Source: Candidatus Bathyarchaeota archaeon (GTDB taxonomy: Archaea; Thermoproteota; Bathyarchaeia; Bathyarchaeales; Bathycorpusculaceae). From it: 64,000 bases of DNA. The notes under the pieces are model-generated. The model ran no database searches and was not told the origin of the DNA. It worked only from the letters and a program-made list of their open reading frames with translations. Both the position numbers and the translations under genes were made by a program. The stretch is from positions 320,001-384,000 of the forward strand of contig CAWDYC010000005.1 in NCBI GenBank assembly GCA_963806535.1, given 5' to 3'. Positions 29,173-40,636 of the stretch are shown piece after piece (the first letter of the stretch is position 1; each line of letters starts with the position of its first letter).

Positions 29173-30681
29173 CAATACAAATGGACTGCATTAACAAACA
29201 CATGCATGCGGGCGCGCAAACCAAAAGATATGTCAGCACAAACTGTTAGCGGGAAAGTTGACAAGTACCCGCTTCGAGCGCTCGTTGTGTTAACAGCAGC
29301 TACACTTCTTGTTACCTATGTGGAGACAATGGTTCTTCCAGGGATTCCTACAATCGAAAATGATCTTTCAACATCAATCACAATCGGCGCGTGGATCACA
29401 TCCATAGTCCTATTGATTGGCGCAACAGTTTCACCCATCTTTGGCAAACTAGGCGACCTCTACGGTAAAAAGAAACTAATCATCGTAGCCTTGGTCTTCT
29501 ACACGGTCGGCGTTAGTATCGCTGGCTTTTCACCAAACATTTACTTCCTCATATTTGCCCGAGCAATTCAGGGCATTGGTTTAGCTGTGATCCCACTGGC
29601 GCTCGCACTGCTCACAGATATATTTCCAAAAGAGAAATTAGCCACAGCCCAAGGCGCTATAGCTGGCTCAGCTGCCATTAGTATGGCATTGGGATTAGTG
29701 TTGGGCGCTTATATTATTCAGAACCTTGGCTGGCAATTTTCTTTTCACACAGCAGCTATTGTAAGCGTGATTTTATTCATAGCAGTTGTGGCGGTTCTAA
29801 AACCAGATGTTTCACGCATTAAATGTAAAATTGATTACATAGGTGCTTTTCTTCTTGCAGTTGGAGTAGCGCTTGTTTTGCTTTATACGACAGAAGGATC
29901 GGCGTTAGGCTGGTTTTCGATTGAAGAACTCGTTTTCTTGATCTCTGGGCTAGCATTGACTATCTCTTTCTTCTACTTTGAAAGCATAGTAGATGAGCCG
30001 TTAATCTCGCTGGATCTTCTTAAAATAAGAAACGTTCTCATTGCTAACATAATAACTATTATTGCAGGGATCCTCAATTTTCTGCTCTTCTTTGTCGTAA
30101 TCGAATACTTGGAACTTCCCCCTCCTTATGGATTGGGCCTTGACATAAGTGCAACGGGCTTAGTATTGGTGCCTGGCACAATAGTAATGCTCATCCTCGG
30201 TCCAGTAATTGGGCGTATCCTAACAAAAACGGGACCAAAACCAATATTTGCCGCAGGCGCATCCATAGCGATCCTAAGCTTCGTGCTTTTAATAGCGAAC
30301 CGAGGAACCAGTACTGATGTTACTATTGGCGTCATATTTGGATTTGCAATGTTGGTCACTTTGCTCGTGCCTATCGTCAACACGATCTCTGTTTCCCTAC
30401 CAAAAGAAGCCATCTCAGTTGGTCAAGGATTCAACCAAACTCTCAAGAATATTGGGAACGCATTCGGACCAGTACTAACAACGGCAATCTTGGCGACTTA
30501 CACTGAGCCGATAACTAAAATTATAGGTGGGAAATCAGTCGTTGTAGCCTCTGTTCCTTCAGCCACAGCGTTCAACATCGTCTTTGCCATAGGTATAGCA
30601 TTAGCAGTAATTGTCATCGCTCTAAGTTTAGCAATCAAAAACGGCGCTTTCAAAAAACCCTCACAGGCTGAGAAATCTTGA
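29167..30681 (+). CDS. MFS (DHA2-like) efflux transporter, paralog of 22697
   Basis: GKLGDLYGKK; extensive identity to the 22697 protein. Confidence 0.9.
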   Translation: MVQYKWTALTNTCMRARKPKDMSAQTVSGKVDKYPLRALVVLTAATLLVTYVETMVLPGIPTIENDLSTSITIGAWITSIVLLIGATVSPIFGKLGDLYGKKKLIIVALVFYTVGVSIAGFSPNIYFLIFARAIQGIGLAVIPLALALLTDIFPKEKLATAQGAIAGSAAISMALGLVLGAYIIQNLGWQFSFHTAAIVSVILFIAVVAVLKPDVSRIKCKIDYIGAFLLAVGVALVLLYTTEGSALGWFSIEELVFLISGLALTISFFYFESIVDEPLISLDLLKIRNVLIANIITIIAGILNFLLFFVVIEYLELPPPYGLGLDISATGLVLVPGTIVMLILGPVIGRILTKTGPKPIFAAGASIAILSFVLLIANRGTSTDVTIGVIFGFAMLVTLLVPIVNTISVSLPKEAISVGQGFNQTLKNIGNAFGPVLTTAILATYTEPITKIIGGKSVVVASVPSATAFNIVFAIGIALAVIVIALSLAIKNGAFKKPSQAEKS

Positions 30682-30908
30682 AAAAAGGACGTATCGTTTT
30701 TCGCGGCTGGAACATTCCTCTTTGTTCGGAGTGAGAGAAACCGATGGTCAGTGACACAAATGCGCAAAAGCAAGAAAAAGGAATTGACGAGATTCCCTCT
30801 TTCCCTTTTTTATCAAATATTATCGGTATAAGCTGTTGCAGTTATTTCGGTAACTCTTACACCAAGTTTACTCCAACCAAAAGAGCGTTACCCAAGGAGA
30901 TTGGATCT

Positions 30909-32528
30909 ATGGCAGAAAAAGAATTTTCAGGATACAAAGTTGTTTTGACAGCTGATAGGACATTGATGAGTGAATACTCTGGAGAAATATTCTTGGGATT
31001 CAGCGCCTGTATACCCAAAGGACTCATCCCTGACAAATTGTACTTCTCATTATTCTGTCCTTCAGTTCCTATAAATAAGGATGGTTCAGTCAGGTTTGCC
31101 CCTTGCGGAACCAGAAAAATAGAAGCTACCTTACTCAACAGTGGCATCAGCAAAGAAGACATAATTGTGGCTCACCCCGACCGTCTCGACCAAGTCGTTG
31201 GCTCAAACACAAAAATCCTATGTATAACAGAAAATGACCCTTTGGGCATGGGACCCGCCACATCTACATTCACTCAAATATTTGGTGGCGAAGCGTACAT
31301 GGCGCTTAAATTTAAAGAAATACTCAACCACCCCGCCGTCAAAAAATATAGACCCCAAATAATCGTGGGCGGACCGGGCGCTTGGCAGTTGGAAGACGAC
31401 GAGGCACGCAGAAGCCTTGGAGTGGATTGTGTTGTCATAGGTGAAGGCGAAAAAGTAGTAAACAAATTAGTGGATGAAGCTATTCAGGGCAATCACTTGC
31501 CAGAAGTGGTTCACGGTCCAGTTGTTGAAGAAAAAGATATAGCCCTAATCCAAAACGCAACCGTTGATGGAATAATCGAGATTGCACGTGGATGCGGACG
31601 AGGCTGTGCCTTCTGTGTACCGACGCTTCAACTCTATCGATGCCGCTCAATCGGACACATACTAAAAGAAGTTGAAGTTAACCTACAAGCAGGAAGACAA
31701 CCCCTACTACATGCCGAAGACGTCCTAAGATACAAGGCTAAAGGCTTCGAGATAAACAAACCAGCCGTAAAAGAACTCTTTAGCACAGTTTACAACTACC
31801 CCGGAGTCAAGTCAGTCGGTATCAGCCACTTCGCCCTTTCCTCAGTTGCGAGCGCACCAGACTTGATTAAGGATTTATCGGAAATTTTAGAAGTAGAAAA
31901 AGCAGACGAGTGGATGAGTGGACAATGTGGAATCGAAACCGGTAGCCCTAGACTTATCAAGGAGTTGATGGTGGGCAAAGCTAAGCCGTTTGAGCCTGAG
32001 CAGTGGCCACAAGTTGTAGTGGATGCTTTCCAAACATTAAGTGACAACAACTGGGTTCCATGCGCTACACTCATTATTGGGCTCCCAGACGAGCAGGAAG
32101 AAGATGTCCAGCTTACCATTGACCTCATAGAGAAGCTTCATGACTACAAAAGCTTGATTGTGCCCTTGTTTATGGTAAGCGAAGGCGGATTAAAAAACAA
32201 GGCTCAATCATTCCACATCGATCAGTTGACCAGAAAACAATCGGAGCTTTTTGTTAAGTGCTGGCAACATAATTTACATTGGAGCAAAATCTTTCTGGAC
32301 GAATATAACATCACAAAAAACAGTTTTGGAACAGGTTATGGCATACGTCTCATATTAGCATACGGAATTAAACAAGCCGGTAAGCTTCTCAAAAAATGCG
32401 AAAACGACTATGACTACAACATCCAAGCCTTCATTAAAGATGCTCGAGAAGGCAAAATCAAAGGTACACCGATACCGCTTCGCCTCATTTACAAAGTATT
32501 AAAAACGTCAAAAGGGAGTAAAAGATGA
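30909..32528 (+). CDS. B12-binding-type radical SAM protein
   Basis: IIVGGPGAWQ; EIARGCGRGCAFC (CxxxCxxC); GIETGS. Confidence 0.88.
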   Translation: MAEKEFSGYKVVLTADRTLMSEYSGEIFLGFSACIPKGLIPDKLYFSLFCPSVPINKDGSVRFAPCGTRKIEATLLNSGISKEDIIVAHPDRLDQVVGSNTKILCITENDPLGMGPATSTFTQIFGGEAYMALKFKEILNHPAVKKYRPQIIVGGPGAWQLEDDEARRSLGVDCVVIGEGEKVVNKLVDEAIQGNHLPEVVHGPVVEEKDIALIQNATVDGIIEIARGCGRGCAFCVPTLQLYRCRSIGHILKEVEVNLQAGRQPLLHAEDVLRYKAKGFEINKPAVKELFSTVYNYPGVKSVGISHFALSSVASAPDLIKDLSEILEVEKADEWMSGQCGIETGSPRLIKELMVGKAKPFEPEQWPQVVVDAFQTLSDNNWVPCATLIIGLPDEQEEDVQLTIDLIEKLHDYKSLIVPLFMVSEGGLKNKAQSFHIDQLTRKQSELFVKCWQHNLHWSKIFLDEYNITKNSFGTGYGIRLILAYGIKQAGKLLKKCENDYDYNIQAFIKDAREGKIKGTPIPLRLIYKVLKTSKGSKR

Positions 32529-32618
32529 ACCTGCGGTCAGCTTTTGCTCATAGATTGAGTGACGAGTTAATGTTAATCCCAACCTGGAACTCTAAACTGC
32601 TGAAGTCTGGGAAGGCAA

Positions 32619-33044
32619 ATGGTAAGTGACAAAACAACTCGATATGCAAACAGAAACATAAGCCCGGTTAAGTTATCTGAGTGGATAATAGAATACTTAA
32701 AGCAAGATGGATATGAGACGCAAAAGGCTGAAGGGTATCTTGAATTTATTATTCAGGCCAGAAAGGAAAGCATCCTGCAAGATTTAACTATGGTCGACCG
32801 ATGCCTCACCATTCTTATTCTAGGTCAACCAGATGATTTTACGATTCGCATAGGCATTGGCAGATGGTTTCAAGGTAACCTGGAAAAGGGAACCGTTGCA
32901 TCAATTATGAATCTAGTGTTTGTTAAAGTCGATATTCCAGCCGCCATTTGGAACGAAAATTTTGAGAACATCATCAAAAATATTGACAGCATAATTGAGG
33001 GCAGATGGAGAATTCAAAAGGGAGATAATTTCCTTGTCACATAA
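32619..33044 (+). CDS. Hypothetical protein
   Basis: 141-aa ORF with plausible composition; no recognised motif. Confidence 0.55.
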   Translation: MVSDKTTRYANRNISPVKLSEWIIEYLKQDGYETQKAEGYLEFIIQARKESILQDLTMVDRCLTILILGQPDDFTIRIGIGRWFQGNLEKGTVASIMNLVFVKVDIPAAIWNENFENIIKNIDSIIEGRWRIQKGDNFLVT

Positions 33045-33763
33045 GAAACAATTAACTTATAGAGGGCTATTTTGGGCGCCGAGAATATTTTTCTTTGTCA
33101 ATGGTCTTAAGACGGGCACGTCAAATGCATTTCTGCTAGAATCCGATGCAGAAAATGTATGTGAATCATTATCGTTTAAGTTTCGTAAACAGTGTTTTGT
33201 ATTTTTGTTGAACTTAACTTTTTTTGAAAGCTTTTTCCCGAAAATTTTTATTTAACAACCGAATGCTCAATTTTTTATGCGAAGCAGGGACATTATTGCC
33301 TTAGCAGTAGCTCAATTTCTTGCATGTTTGTTAAAGAGTTATTTCGTCAGCATTTCATAAAGGTTGGACGGAAAAGAGGAAAACTTAGCAGTATAAACAG
33401 CGGTTGCTTGTCAGAGAATCCCATTGGACCTGAACTTTTCTTTTTCAGGCAACCACAGCAATTTACTGGATACCATTTATTATCCAATGGATTTTGCATG
33501 GGCTTTAGAGGACCAAAAAATTATGTCAAAAACTCATAAGGGCTTCAAATCCCAATAGTAAATCCTGCTTGAGCTTTGACTCCGAATAAAAAAGAGAATT
33601 TGCTTGCTGAGTCAAACCAGGAAATCATTAACCATCGCTAGTTGGACCGAGAATGAGTTACCTCTTATTTTTGGAAAAAAGGTCCAATATTGGGGTCGCA
33701 TTAAAAGATTTATGGCAATTCTTATAAACTAACATAATATTTAACTTCAGTGCTCCTTAAGGT

Positions 33764-33841
33764 GGGCCGGTAGCTCAGCACGGCTGGAGCGTTCGACTGA
33801 TAATCGAAAGGTCGGCAGTTCAAATCCGCCTCGGCCCACCA
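33764..33841 (+). tRNA. tRNA-Ile (anticodon GAT), CCA encoded
   Basis: GGGCCGGTAGCTCAG...TTCGA-CT-GAT-AA-TCGAA...GTTCAAATCCGCCTCGGCCCACCA; one A-C mismatch in the T-stem. Confidence 0.9.
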
Positions 33842-33940
33842 TCTAACTCGCCTTAAAATTATTTTTTGTAAAAAGAAAATTTTTTTATGCAGAATTTGGA
33901 TTTGCTGAAGAATTAATTGCGCGAAGGGTTCTAATTTTTA

Positions 33941-34080
33941 GTCAAAGGATCAAAAACAGTCATTATTAGTCTAAAATAGTCATAAAGGGTCAGAGTTAGT
34001 CAAATTAGTCGCCTCCTATGGAGGCAGCAAATCTGAATCAAAAACCAAACTGAGGGCAAGAATAAAAAGTAGCAAAATTT
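33941..34080 (-). repeat. Diverged repeat module with 10-bp-phased TGAC array
   Basis: GTC at 33959, 33969, 33979, 33989, 33999 on +; adjacent stem resembles that of 45861-45935. Confidence 0.55.
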
Positions 34081-34103
34081 GAAGCCAATCTTTTTTTGAA
34101 CAT

Positions 34104-34422
34104 GGGTCTTTTGGTGACTTTTTATGACGCGTAGTGACTTATAGTGACGCATCCTGCAACTAACCCAAACCCCAAACCAAGAAAACAATCCAAAACACAA
34201 AGAACAAATTTGCGTAAGAAAATACAGTAGAGATGCCTAAGCTTCACTTCTTGAAAGTTTACGCCATCTTCTTCCTTTTTCTCACATTTTTTTACAGATT
34301 CTCACAGATCCCTACATTTTCCTACATTTAAAGACGCAACCTGCAAACAAAACAAGCTCATAATCAAAAAAGCAACCCAAAACACAAACAACAAACCCAC
34401 CCAAAAAACAGTCAATAACCAG
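34104..34422 (-). repeat. Modular non-coding element, copy A (inverted relative to 45143-45517)
   Basis: Reverse complement aligns end to end with 45143-45517; contains 4 GTCA and 5 TGTA/TGTG 10-bp units. Confidence 0.9.
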
Positions 34423-34481
34423 TTAGATAATAAAAACCCTCTTCCTTTTTGAGATCCAAACCACTTTTAAAATTTCTTATT

Positions 34482-35447
34482 TCAAGCGGCATTTTGTTCT
34501 TCAGGTTTAGTTGTCTTCTCCTTTTTTCCTTCATTTAATTTCATTAGTGTTTTCATCATTTTTTCTTGCAGGATTTTTTCTATTGCGAAGGGTGAATGTT
34601 CATGTGGATGGGGTCCAAAGGTTGATGCATAAACTTTCGAAAACTCAGCTCCGAAAAGAATTATTAGATTTAAGATAAATATCCAAAGCAGAATGATCAT
34701 AAGTGAACCTGCTGCTCCAATGATTGTTGTTACGGTGAAGGTTTGAACGTAAATTCCGAGAACGTAATTGGTGACTGTAAATGCAATGCTTGTCACGATT
34801 GCTGGTAGGATTACGTCTTGCCAGTGAATTTTGATTTCAGGAAGCACTTTGTAAATCAAGGCAAAAAGCAGAGCTGACAAACTAAAAGAGAACATTATTT
34901 GCGCTATTGTAATAATAATAACTGTCAATGTGCCATTTATTGAATAATACTTTATTGCACTAAACAAAGGCGTCGCTATCACCGTCCAGGCTATAACAAT
35001 TAATCCAAATGAGGAAACAACAAAAAACGGCCCTATTTTTTGCCCAATTCTCCATGTCAATTTTTGTTTTATCGGCAATTTTACTTCCCATATAACATCC
35101 ATTGTATCACGCAGAACAGAAAAGGCACCAATAGCGCCAGCCAAAGAAAAAGCAACTACGGTGATTGCAGTCCATACCGACGTGAAAGGCGACATTGCAC
35201 CTGTGAGTAATTCCCGAAATAGACCTGCAACGGCTGGTCCAGCAAGCGAAGTTATTAGTTGTATTATCTGTTGGGTTGCTTGAGTTTGACCATAAAACTG
35301 TGCAAAAAAAGTTATTACAATTAGCAGAAGTGATGGTAAAGGTAAAATTATGAAGAATGTTAATGCAGCTGCTCGAAGAGGTGCATTGTCTTCTTGCCAG
35401 TCTCTAAATGAAGTTTTGAATAAACTCACTGTGTCCCTTTTGTTCAT
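34482..35447 (-). CDS. YihY/BrkB-family membrane protein
   Basis: DNAPLRAAALTFF; IIGAAGSLMIILLWIF...LFGAEF. Confidence 0.9.
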   Translation of the reverse strand: MNKRDTVSLFKTSFRDWQEDNAPLRAAALTFFIILPLPSLLLIVITFFAQFYGQTQATQQIIQLITSLAGPAVAGLFRELLTGAMSPFTSVWTAITVVAFSLAGAIGAFSVLRDTMDVIWEVKLPIKQKLTWRIGQKIGPFFVVSSFGLIVIAWTVIATPLFSAIKYYSINGTLTVIIITIAQIMFSFSLSALLFALIYKVLPEIKIHWQDVILPAIVTSIAFTVTNYVLGIYVQTFTVTTIIGAAGSLMIILLWIFILNLIILFGAEFSKVYASTFGPHPHEHSPFAIEKILQEKMMKTLMKLNEGKKEKTTKPEEQNAA

Positions 35448-35588
35448 GGATTGACCCTGACATGCTTAAAAAGTCAGCATTCAAGCTATCAAGCATTTCT
35501 AATTGTATATCTCTATGTGGGAGTAACCAAGCAACCACAAACTGCGTTACACTATTAAGAGCGACAAAGAATTCATAAACTGAACAGC

Positions 35589-36571
35589 ATGACACAGCTC
35601 ACGCCAGAAACAATCTGGAACTTAAACGAAAAAGAACTCTTAAACTTGCTAGAATCAGACTTCTTTAAACCAAAGCATAAAGAAATCCGCTTCTATGCTC
35701 CAAGCTTCACCTACTACAAAACAAAACATTACTGTTCTTCACCAAATAGTTTCCCAACTATTTCCGTTACAGGCACATCCTGCGCGTTAAAATGCAAACA
35801 TTGCGGCGGCAAAGTTCTTGAAACTATGCATCCAGCGCTTTCACCAAAGGAACTATTTGATTTATGCACTAAGCTTAAACAGGATGGCGCTCAAGGTTGT
35901 CTTGTCAGCGGTGGATGCTTGCCGGATGGTTCAGTTCCTCTTGATAGATTCGTGGGTGCGCTTGGGAGGATTAAACGGAGCTTGGCTTAACAGTTTTTGT
36001 CCATACAGGCATAATTAATTTTGAAACTGCTGTTTCGCTTAAGCAAGCTGGGATTGATGCAGCGTTAATAGATATTATTGGATCAGCCGAAACGATAAAG
36101 AAAATTTACAACCTCAAAGTTTCTCCAAAAGATTATGCTGATTCGCTTAAAGCATTGGATAAAGCGGAATTACCGTTTGTGCCACATGTTATTGTCGGGT
36201 TAAACGAGGGCAGATTAGATGGAGAACTAGAAGCGCTCAAAATGATAAGCCAAGTTAAGCCTTCTGCCATAGTAATAATAGCGTTCATGCCAATACATGA
36301 TACGGACATGGCAAATACCCCGCCGCCAAAACCAGTAGACATAGCCAAAGTCACGGCAACTGCACGACTGATGTTTCCTGAAACTCCCTTGATTTTGGGT
36401 TGCATGAGACCTAAAGGTGCAGCACGCGGCGAAACAGATGTTTTAGCGTTAAAAGCTGGGGTTGATGCAGTTGCTTTTCCAAGTGAAGATGCAATTAAAT
36501 ATGTGCAAAATGAACATTTTCAGCTTTTCTTTTTCTTCCTTCTGTTGCGCACAAATGTACTTGGATGCTAA
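35589..36571 (+). CDS. Radical SAM protein, biotin-synthase-like (frameshift ~35980)
   Basis: ISVTGTSCALKCKHC, LVSGG, PHVIVGL, LGCMRP. Confidence 0.8.
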
Positions 36572-36692
36572 TCAATTAAAAACACAGTCAATAAAGATAT
36601 TTTATCATCATTTCCAATAAAGATTCTCGCGTCTTCAATAATCTTCGCATGTAAAAACGAAAGGTTAATTTAGGCAAGAATGGAAGTAATGC

Positions 36693-36818
36693 TGGGTTTG
36701 CCGGTCAAAGGGCACGGGTTCCACCTGATCCCATACCGAACTCAGAAGTTAAACCGTGTTCCGTTTCCAGCTGTAGTGTGGTCTTAGGCCACGTGAACCT
36801 GGGAAAGCTGGCAGCTCA
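36693..36818 (+). rRNA. rrf: 5S rRNA (stand-alone)
   Basis: Conserved core CCACCTGATCCCATACCGAACTCAGAAGTTAAACC; complementary ends; ~125 nt. Confidence 0.88.
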
Positions 36819-36899
36819 CTTTCTTCTAATCAAAATATAGGTAGATTTGGCATAGCTTTATAACTTACTAATTGTAGTTTTTGGGAAGTGGTGTAGAAA

Positions 36900-38003
36900 T
36901 TGAGTCTTATTCCTGGGAGCGATTCGATAACTCAGATTATTAGCTTGCTTTCTTACGTGTTCTTCATAGTTTTGATTTTCTATGGTCAAAGAATCCAAAT
37001 GTACGTTATGATACGGGAAGTAGAAAATTCCCTTCATAAACTAAAGTACATAAAAGAGGAAGGGCGAAAAAATGCTATAGATGCCATAAAAGAAATTGGC
37101 AAACCAACAACTGACCCTTCAGCTCGTGTTGACCGCTACTTAGAATACTTTACGATTGGTCCACAAAGCATGGATCCGGCAGGTATAGTGTACAAGCTTG
37201 ATCACATACTTGACGTCAGAGATGAACGTTTGAAAGATGAAGTTAAACTAATGGCGCCAGCATGCGACGAAGTTCAAGTTAACAATTTAGAAAACACATT
37301 GGAAGCTGCCATGGCATTAAACTTCATCTACAAAGTCATCCGCCACTATTACATTCAAGGCAAAAAAACTCTAAGCCTCTATGTAATAATGCAAATACAA
37401 ATGATATTGCCCATGATTATGAAAGAAGCAGAAGCATACGCAAGCGCCCTCAAAGCGTTCGCTTACGGTCAGCCAATCGGAGACGGCGCTGGACCATTAG
37501 TTGCTGCAAAACTCATGCACGGCTACGAAGTCCGCAAGCTGCCAAAAGACTGCGTCATGGCTACCGTTCCTTTTGAAGGACGCACAGCTTTAATCATAAA
37601 AGCTGAAGGTCCAGGCGGCAACGTCGGCAAACCAGGCGATGCAGTTGAAGCTGTCATTGAAGAAAATGAAGGCAAAATTGGAATGGTTATCATGATTGAT
37701 GCAGGCTTGAAGCTGGAAGGCGAAACGGTTGGCGAAGTGTCTGAAGGCATCGGCGCAGCAATCGGTGGACCAGGCGTAGATCAATTCAAGATTGAAGCCA
37801 AACTGACAAAATATCAAATTCCAATCAACGCTGTAATAGTCAAAGAAGACATAGGCGATGCAGTTTCACCAATGCGCAAAGAAATTAATGACGCAGTTGA
37901 CCCAGTTATTGAACGAGTCAAAAACGTCATCTTAGAACGAACCAAAGAAGGCGACAAAGTAATCATCGTTGGGGTCGGCAACTCAATCGGAGTCGGACAA
38001 TAG
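36900..38003 (+). CDS. DUF1512 conserved archaeal protein
   Basis: PIGDGAGPLVA, KAEGPGGNVGKPG, IDAGLKLEGE, GVGNSIGVGQ. Confidence 0.8.
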   Translation: MSLIPGSDSITQIISLLSYVFFIVLIFYGQRIQMYVMIREVENSLHKLKYIKEEGRKNAIDAIKEIGKPTTDPSARVDRYLEYFTIGPQSMDPAGIVYKLDHILDVRDERLKDEVKLMAPACDEVQVNNLENTLEAAMALNFIYKVIRHYYIQGKKTLSLYVIMQIQMILPMIMKEAEAYASALKAFAYGQPIGDGAGPLVAAKLMHGYEVRKLPKDCVMATVPFEGRTALIIKAEGPGGNVGKPGDAVEAVIEENEGKIGMVIMIDAGLKLEGETVGEVSEGIGAAIGGPGVDQFKIEAKLTKYQIPINAVIVKEDIGDAVSPMRKEINDAVDPVIERVKNVILERTKEGDKVIIVGVGNSIGVGQ

Positions 38004-38070
38004 GAGGATAAAACAATGACAGCAAAATCAAACATCACAATCAACCAAAAAAATCTCAACTTACCTAACG

Positions 38071-38439
38071 ATGATCGTCTTAATTGTCGTAGCGCTGTCC
38101 ATAATATCGCTAATATTAGCAGCTAACGCATACTTGAGTACGCCAAGCCAACCCTTAGCCGCTGGATTTTTGGCGATTATTGGCTTAGTCGCTTTGACAA
38201 TGTCGGTGTTCACACTCTACCAATCAAGGAGGCAAGTAGCACAAATGAAAATTGAAATCCCCAAAGTAATGACAACGGTCGAATGCAAATGCGGATCCAA
38301 AACCGTGCGAGAATTCCAACGCGGCGACTATGTCTACAAAGATCTTGACGTCCCCTGCCAAAAATGCCCAAACACAAGACAAATGATTACAGCAATATAC
38401 AAAGAAGTCAAAGAAAAAGAAAAAACATACAACGTCTAA
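38071..38439 (+). CDS. Membrane protein with C-terminal zinc ribbon
   Basis: 2 TM segments; ECKCG...REFQRGDYV...CQKC..MITAIY. Confidence 0.7.
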   Translation: MIVLIVVALSIISLILAANAYLSTPSQPLAAGFLAIIGLVALTMSVFTLYQSRRQVAQMKIEIPKVMTTVECKCGSKTVREFQRGDYVYKDLDVPCQKCPNTRQMITAIYKEVKEKEKTYNV

Positions 38440-39338
38440 GTTAAAACTTCACAACCATCATCTTTCAACAGCACCGTATGCTCAGCTTGAGCAACGGGTT
38501 TTTTGCTTACTTCAACAAATACAGGATAACCCATAACAGCTTTTGACGCAAGCAACTCTTTGAATGCCGCTTTATGTTGTTCTTTGGGAACCACGCCAAT
38601 TAGCCATCGTTCAGCAAAAGGCAAGGTTCTAAAATTAGCCTCAATATATTTGAGGAGTTTTTTTGCGTATTCGTTTTTTACGGATTTTGTTTTAAGTAAA
38701 CGATAAATCGTAATTTGCGGGCTATCATCGACCCGTCCAATTGCGTCAGGCAAAGTCACGAATGGCTCTATAGCGTAAACTTCACCTGTTCGAACTTTAG
38801 CAAGAGACACTTGAGCCACGTTTGGAATAGATAATCCCGCATGAATTAGGTATCTTCCAACCGAATGCCCAGTCAGGTTTGAAATGGGTTTGAAGCCACG
38901 ATTTTTTATTGTCGTCTCAATTAAGCTGCCGATTTTGCCCAATGCCATGTCTCCATGAATATTCTCTATCGCTGTTTTCAACGCAAGCTCAGCGGTGGTT
39001 GTCATGCTTCTGCCTTCAGGATTAAAACTGACTGTAAACGCTGTGTCAGTAACGTAGCCGTCGACATGGACGCCTAAGTCCACCTTAACTGTGGAGCCTA
39101 TCGGTATCGTTAGCTTATCATCTGGTGGTGAAGTGTAATGAGCAGCTACTTCGTTGATGCTGACGTTGCATGGAAAAGCTGGTTTACCTCCTTTTGCCCG
39201 AATTAATTCTTCGACTTTCTCGCAGACATCAATAATTGGCATGTTTTCTTTGACGTAAGTCCTCATTTCCTCTCTTGTTTCACGAAGAATTTTGCCAGAT
39301 AAACGGAATTTTTCCAGTTCTTCTTTGTCATATGGCAT
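38436..39338 (-). CDS. map: Type II methionine aminopeptidase
   Basis: AFPCNVSINEVAAHY, DLGVHVDGYVTDTA, NLTGH, AIEPF, QAEHT. Confidence 0.95.
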   Translation of the reverse strand: MPYDKEELEKFRLSGKILRETREEMRTYVKENMPIIDVCEKVEELIRAKGGKPAFPCNVSINEVAAHYTSPPDDKLTIPIGSTVKVDLGVHVDGYVTDTAFTVSFNPEGRSMTTTAELALKTAIENIHGDMALGKIGSLIETTIKNRGFKPISNLTGHSVGRYLIHAGLSIPNVAQVSLAKVRTGEVYAIEPFVTLPDAIGRVDDSPQITIYRLLKTKSVKNEYAKKLLKYIEANFRTLPFAERWLIGVVPKEQHKAAFKELLASKAVMGYPVFVEVSKKPVAQAEHTVLLKDDGCEVLT

Positions 39339-39522
39339 TGCTGTTCACTTTTGTTAATAGTTTGGATAATGTGAGAGATGCTTAAATGCGTAGCTTAAAG
39401 CGCATCTAGAATATTCTCAGAATTCAAAGAAAAAGTACGTTTAAGAAATGCTGATGCAAAATTTCTTGAGCTAAGTCAAGGGAAAAGCTACAAGCTCAGC
39501 ACTAAGCACTGATAATTTCAGC

Positions 39523-40076
39523 TTAGGACTTGTAGAGTTTAGGATCAAGCAATGCAAAGTTATTGCCGCCTGCATGGTAGAGCATCCTTGCCTTTTTTAA
39601 GTCGTAACTTTCTGTAAAGACACCCATGTCAGCGTACGCTTCAATTATTTTTCCTACGAAAATCGTGTGGTCGCCCGTTGTAAATTTGCTCATCTACTTC
39701 GCATTCCAAGGTGGGCTATGCATTCGCGGATCGCTGGTGCTTTGACTTTTTTCGCTGTCATCGGTGTTAGGTTTGTTTTTTTGAATTTATCAAAGCTTCT
39801 ACCAGTTAAGGAGCCACATGCATAGACTGCTTGCAGTATCTCAAGTGTAGGAATGTTAACAATGAATTCGCCTGATTCCTCAATTAAGGCGTGGGAGTGG
39901 CGAGTGGGTGCGAGGCTGATGGCTAAAAGCGGCGGATTAATAGATGTTGGCATTGCCCAAGCGAGGGTTGTTATGTTGGGTTTTCCTGCTTTTCCAACAC
40001 ATGAAACCAATACTGTGTGCATCGGGTGAAGAAGTCTGTATGCTGAAGAGATTGTGACGTTTGTTTTTATGGACAT
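39523..40076 (-). CDS. Flavin reductase-like protein (frameshift ~39705)
   Basis: PTSINPPLLAIS, GEFIVNIP, APAIRECIAHL; GDHTIFVG in shifted frame. Confidence 0.8.
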
Positions 40077-40636
40077 TTTTGTTTTCGCCTTTATATGTTG
40101 ATTGCAGTGTTCTCGGACTTATTTTTCTTTTGCTTGATTACATATTAAATCGTAAGATTTAGATATTTAATTAAAATTCGATGAACTCACTTTACTCGAT
40201 TGCTATTTTAGTATAATTCTTAGGCTGTTTCATCGGATTGTTTTGTGTTTGATTTACTATAATAGCGATATACACGCATATTAGCAATTGTTATGTCTTA
40301 ATAGATAATACTGAGCTGAATGAAGATGATAGATATGTCGAGCAATCCGGAAGTATTCGAAAATGAAGAAGCAACCAAATTGTTAGATTATTTTGTTGCT
40401 TACAAGAAACTAATGAGTACCATTGAACAAATCAAATGCATAGCTGCAGTAAACAATAGAATACACTTCTCTGAAAACTAATCGACAGACAAAAATAAGT
40501 TAAATCAAATAAACAATAACCCGTCGGCAACAGCCCTGACAATAACGCTTGACAAGTAGATATTTGAAGATACTCGATCGGATTGATCCTTCTTGAGATA
40601 GCAGCTAAGAACCCAAAAAACAAGAGAAATAATATT

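Noticed and set aside
33813-33830. A-C mismatch in the tRNA-Ile T-stem as RNA editing
   Set aside because: A single base in error-prone sequence cannot be distinguished from a sequencing error.
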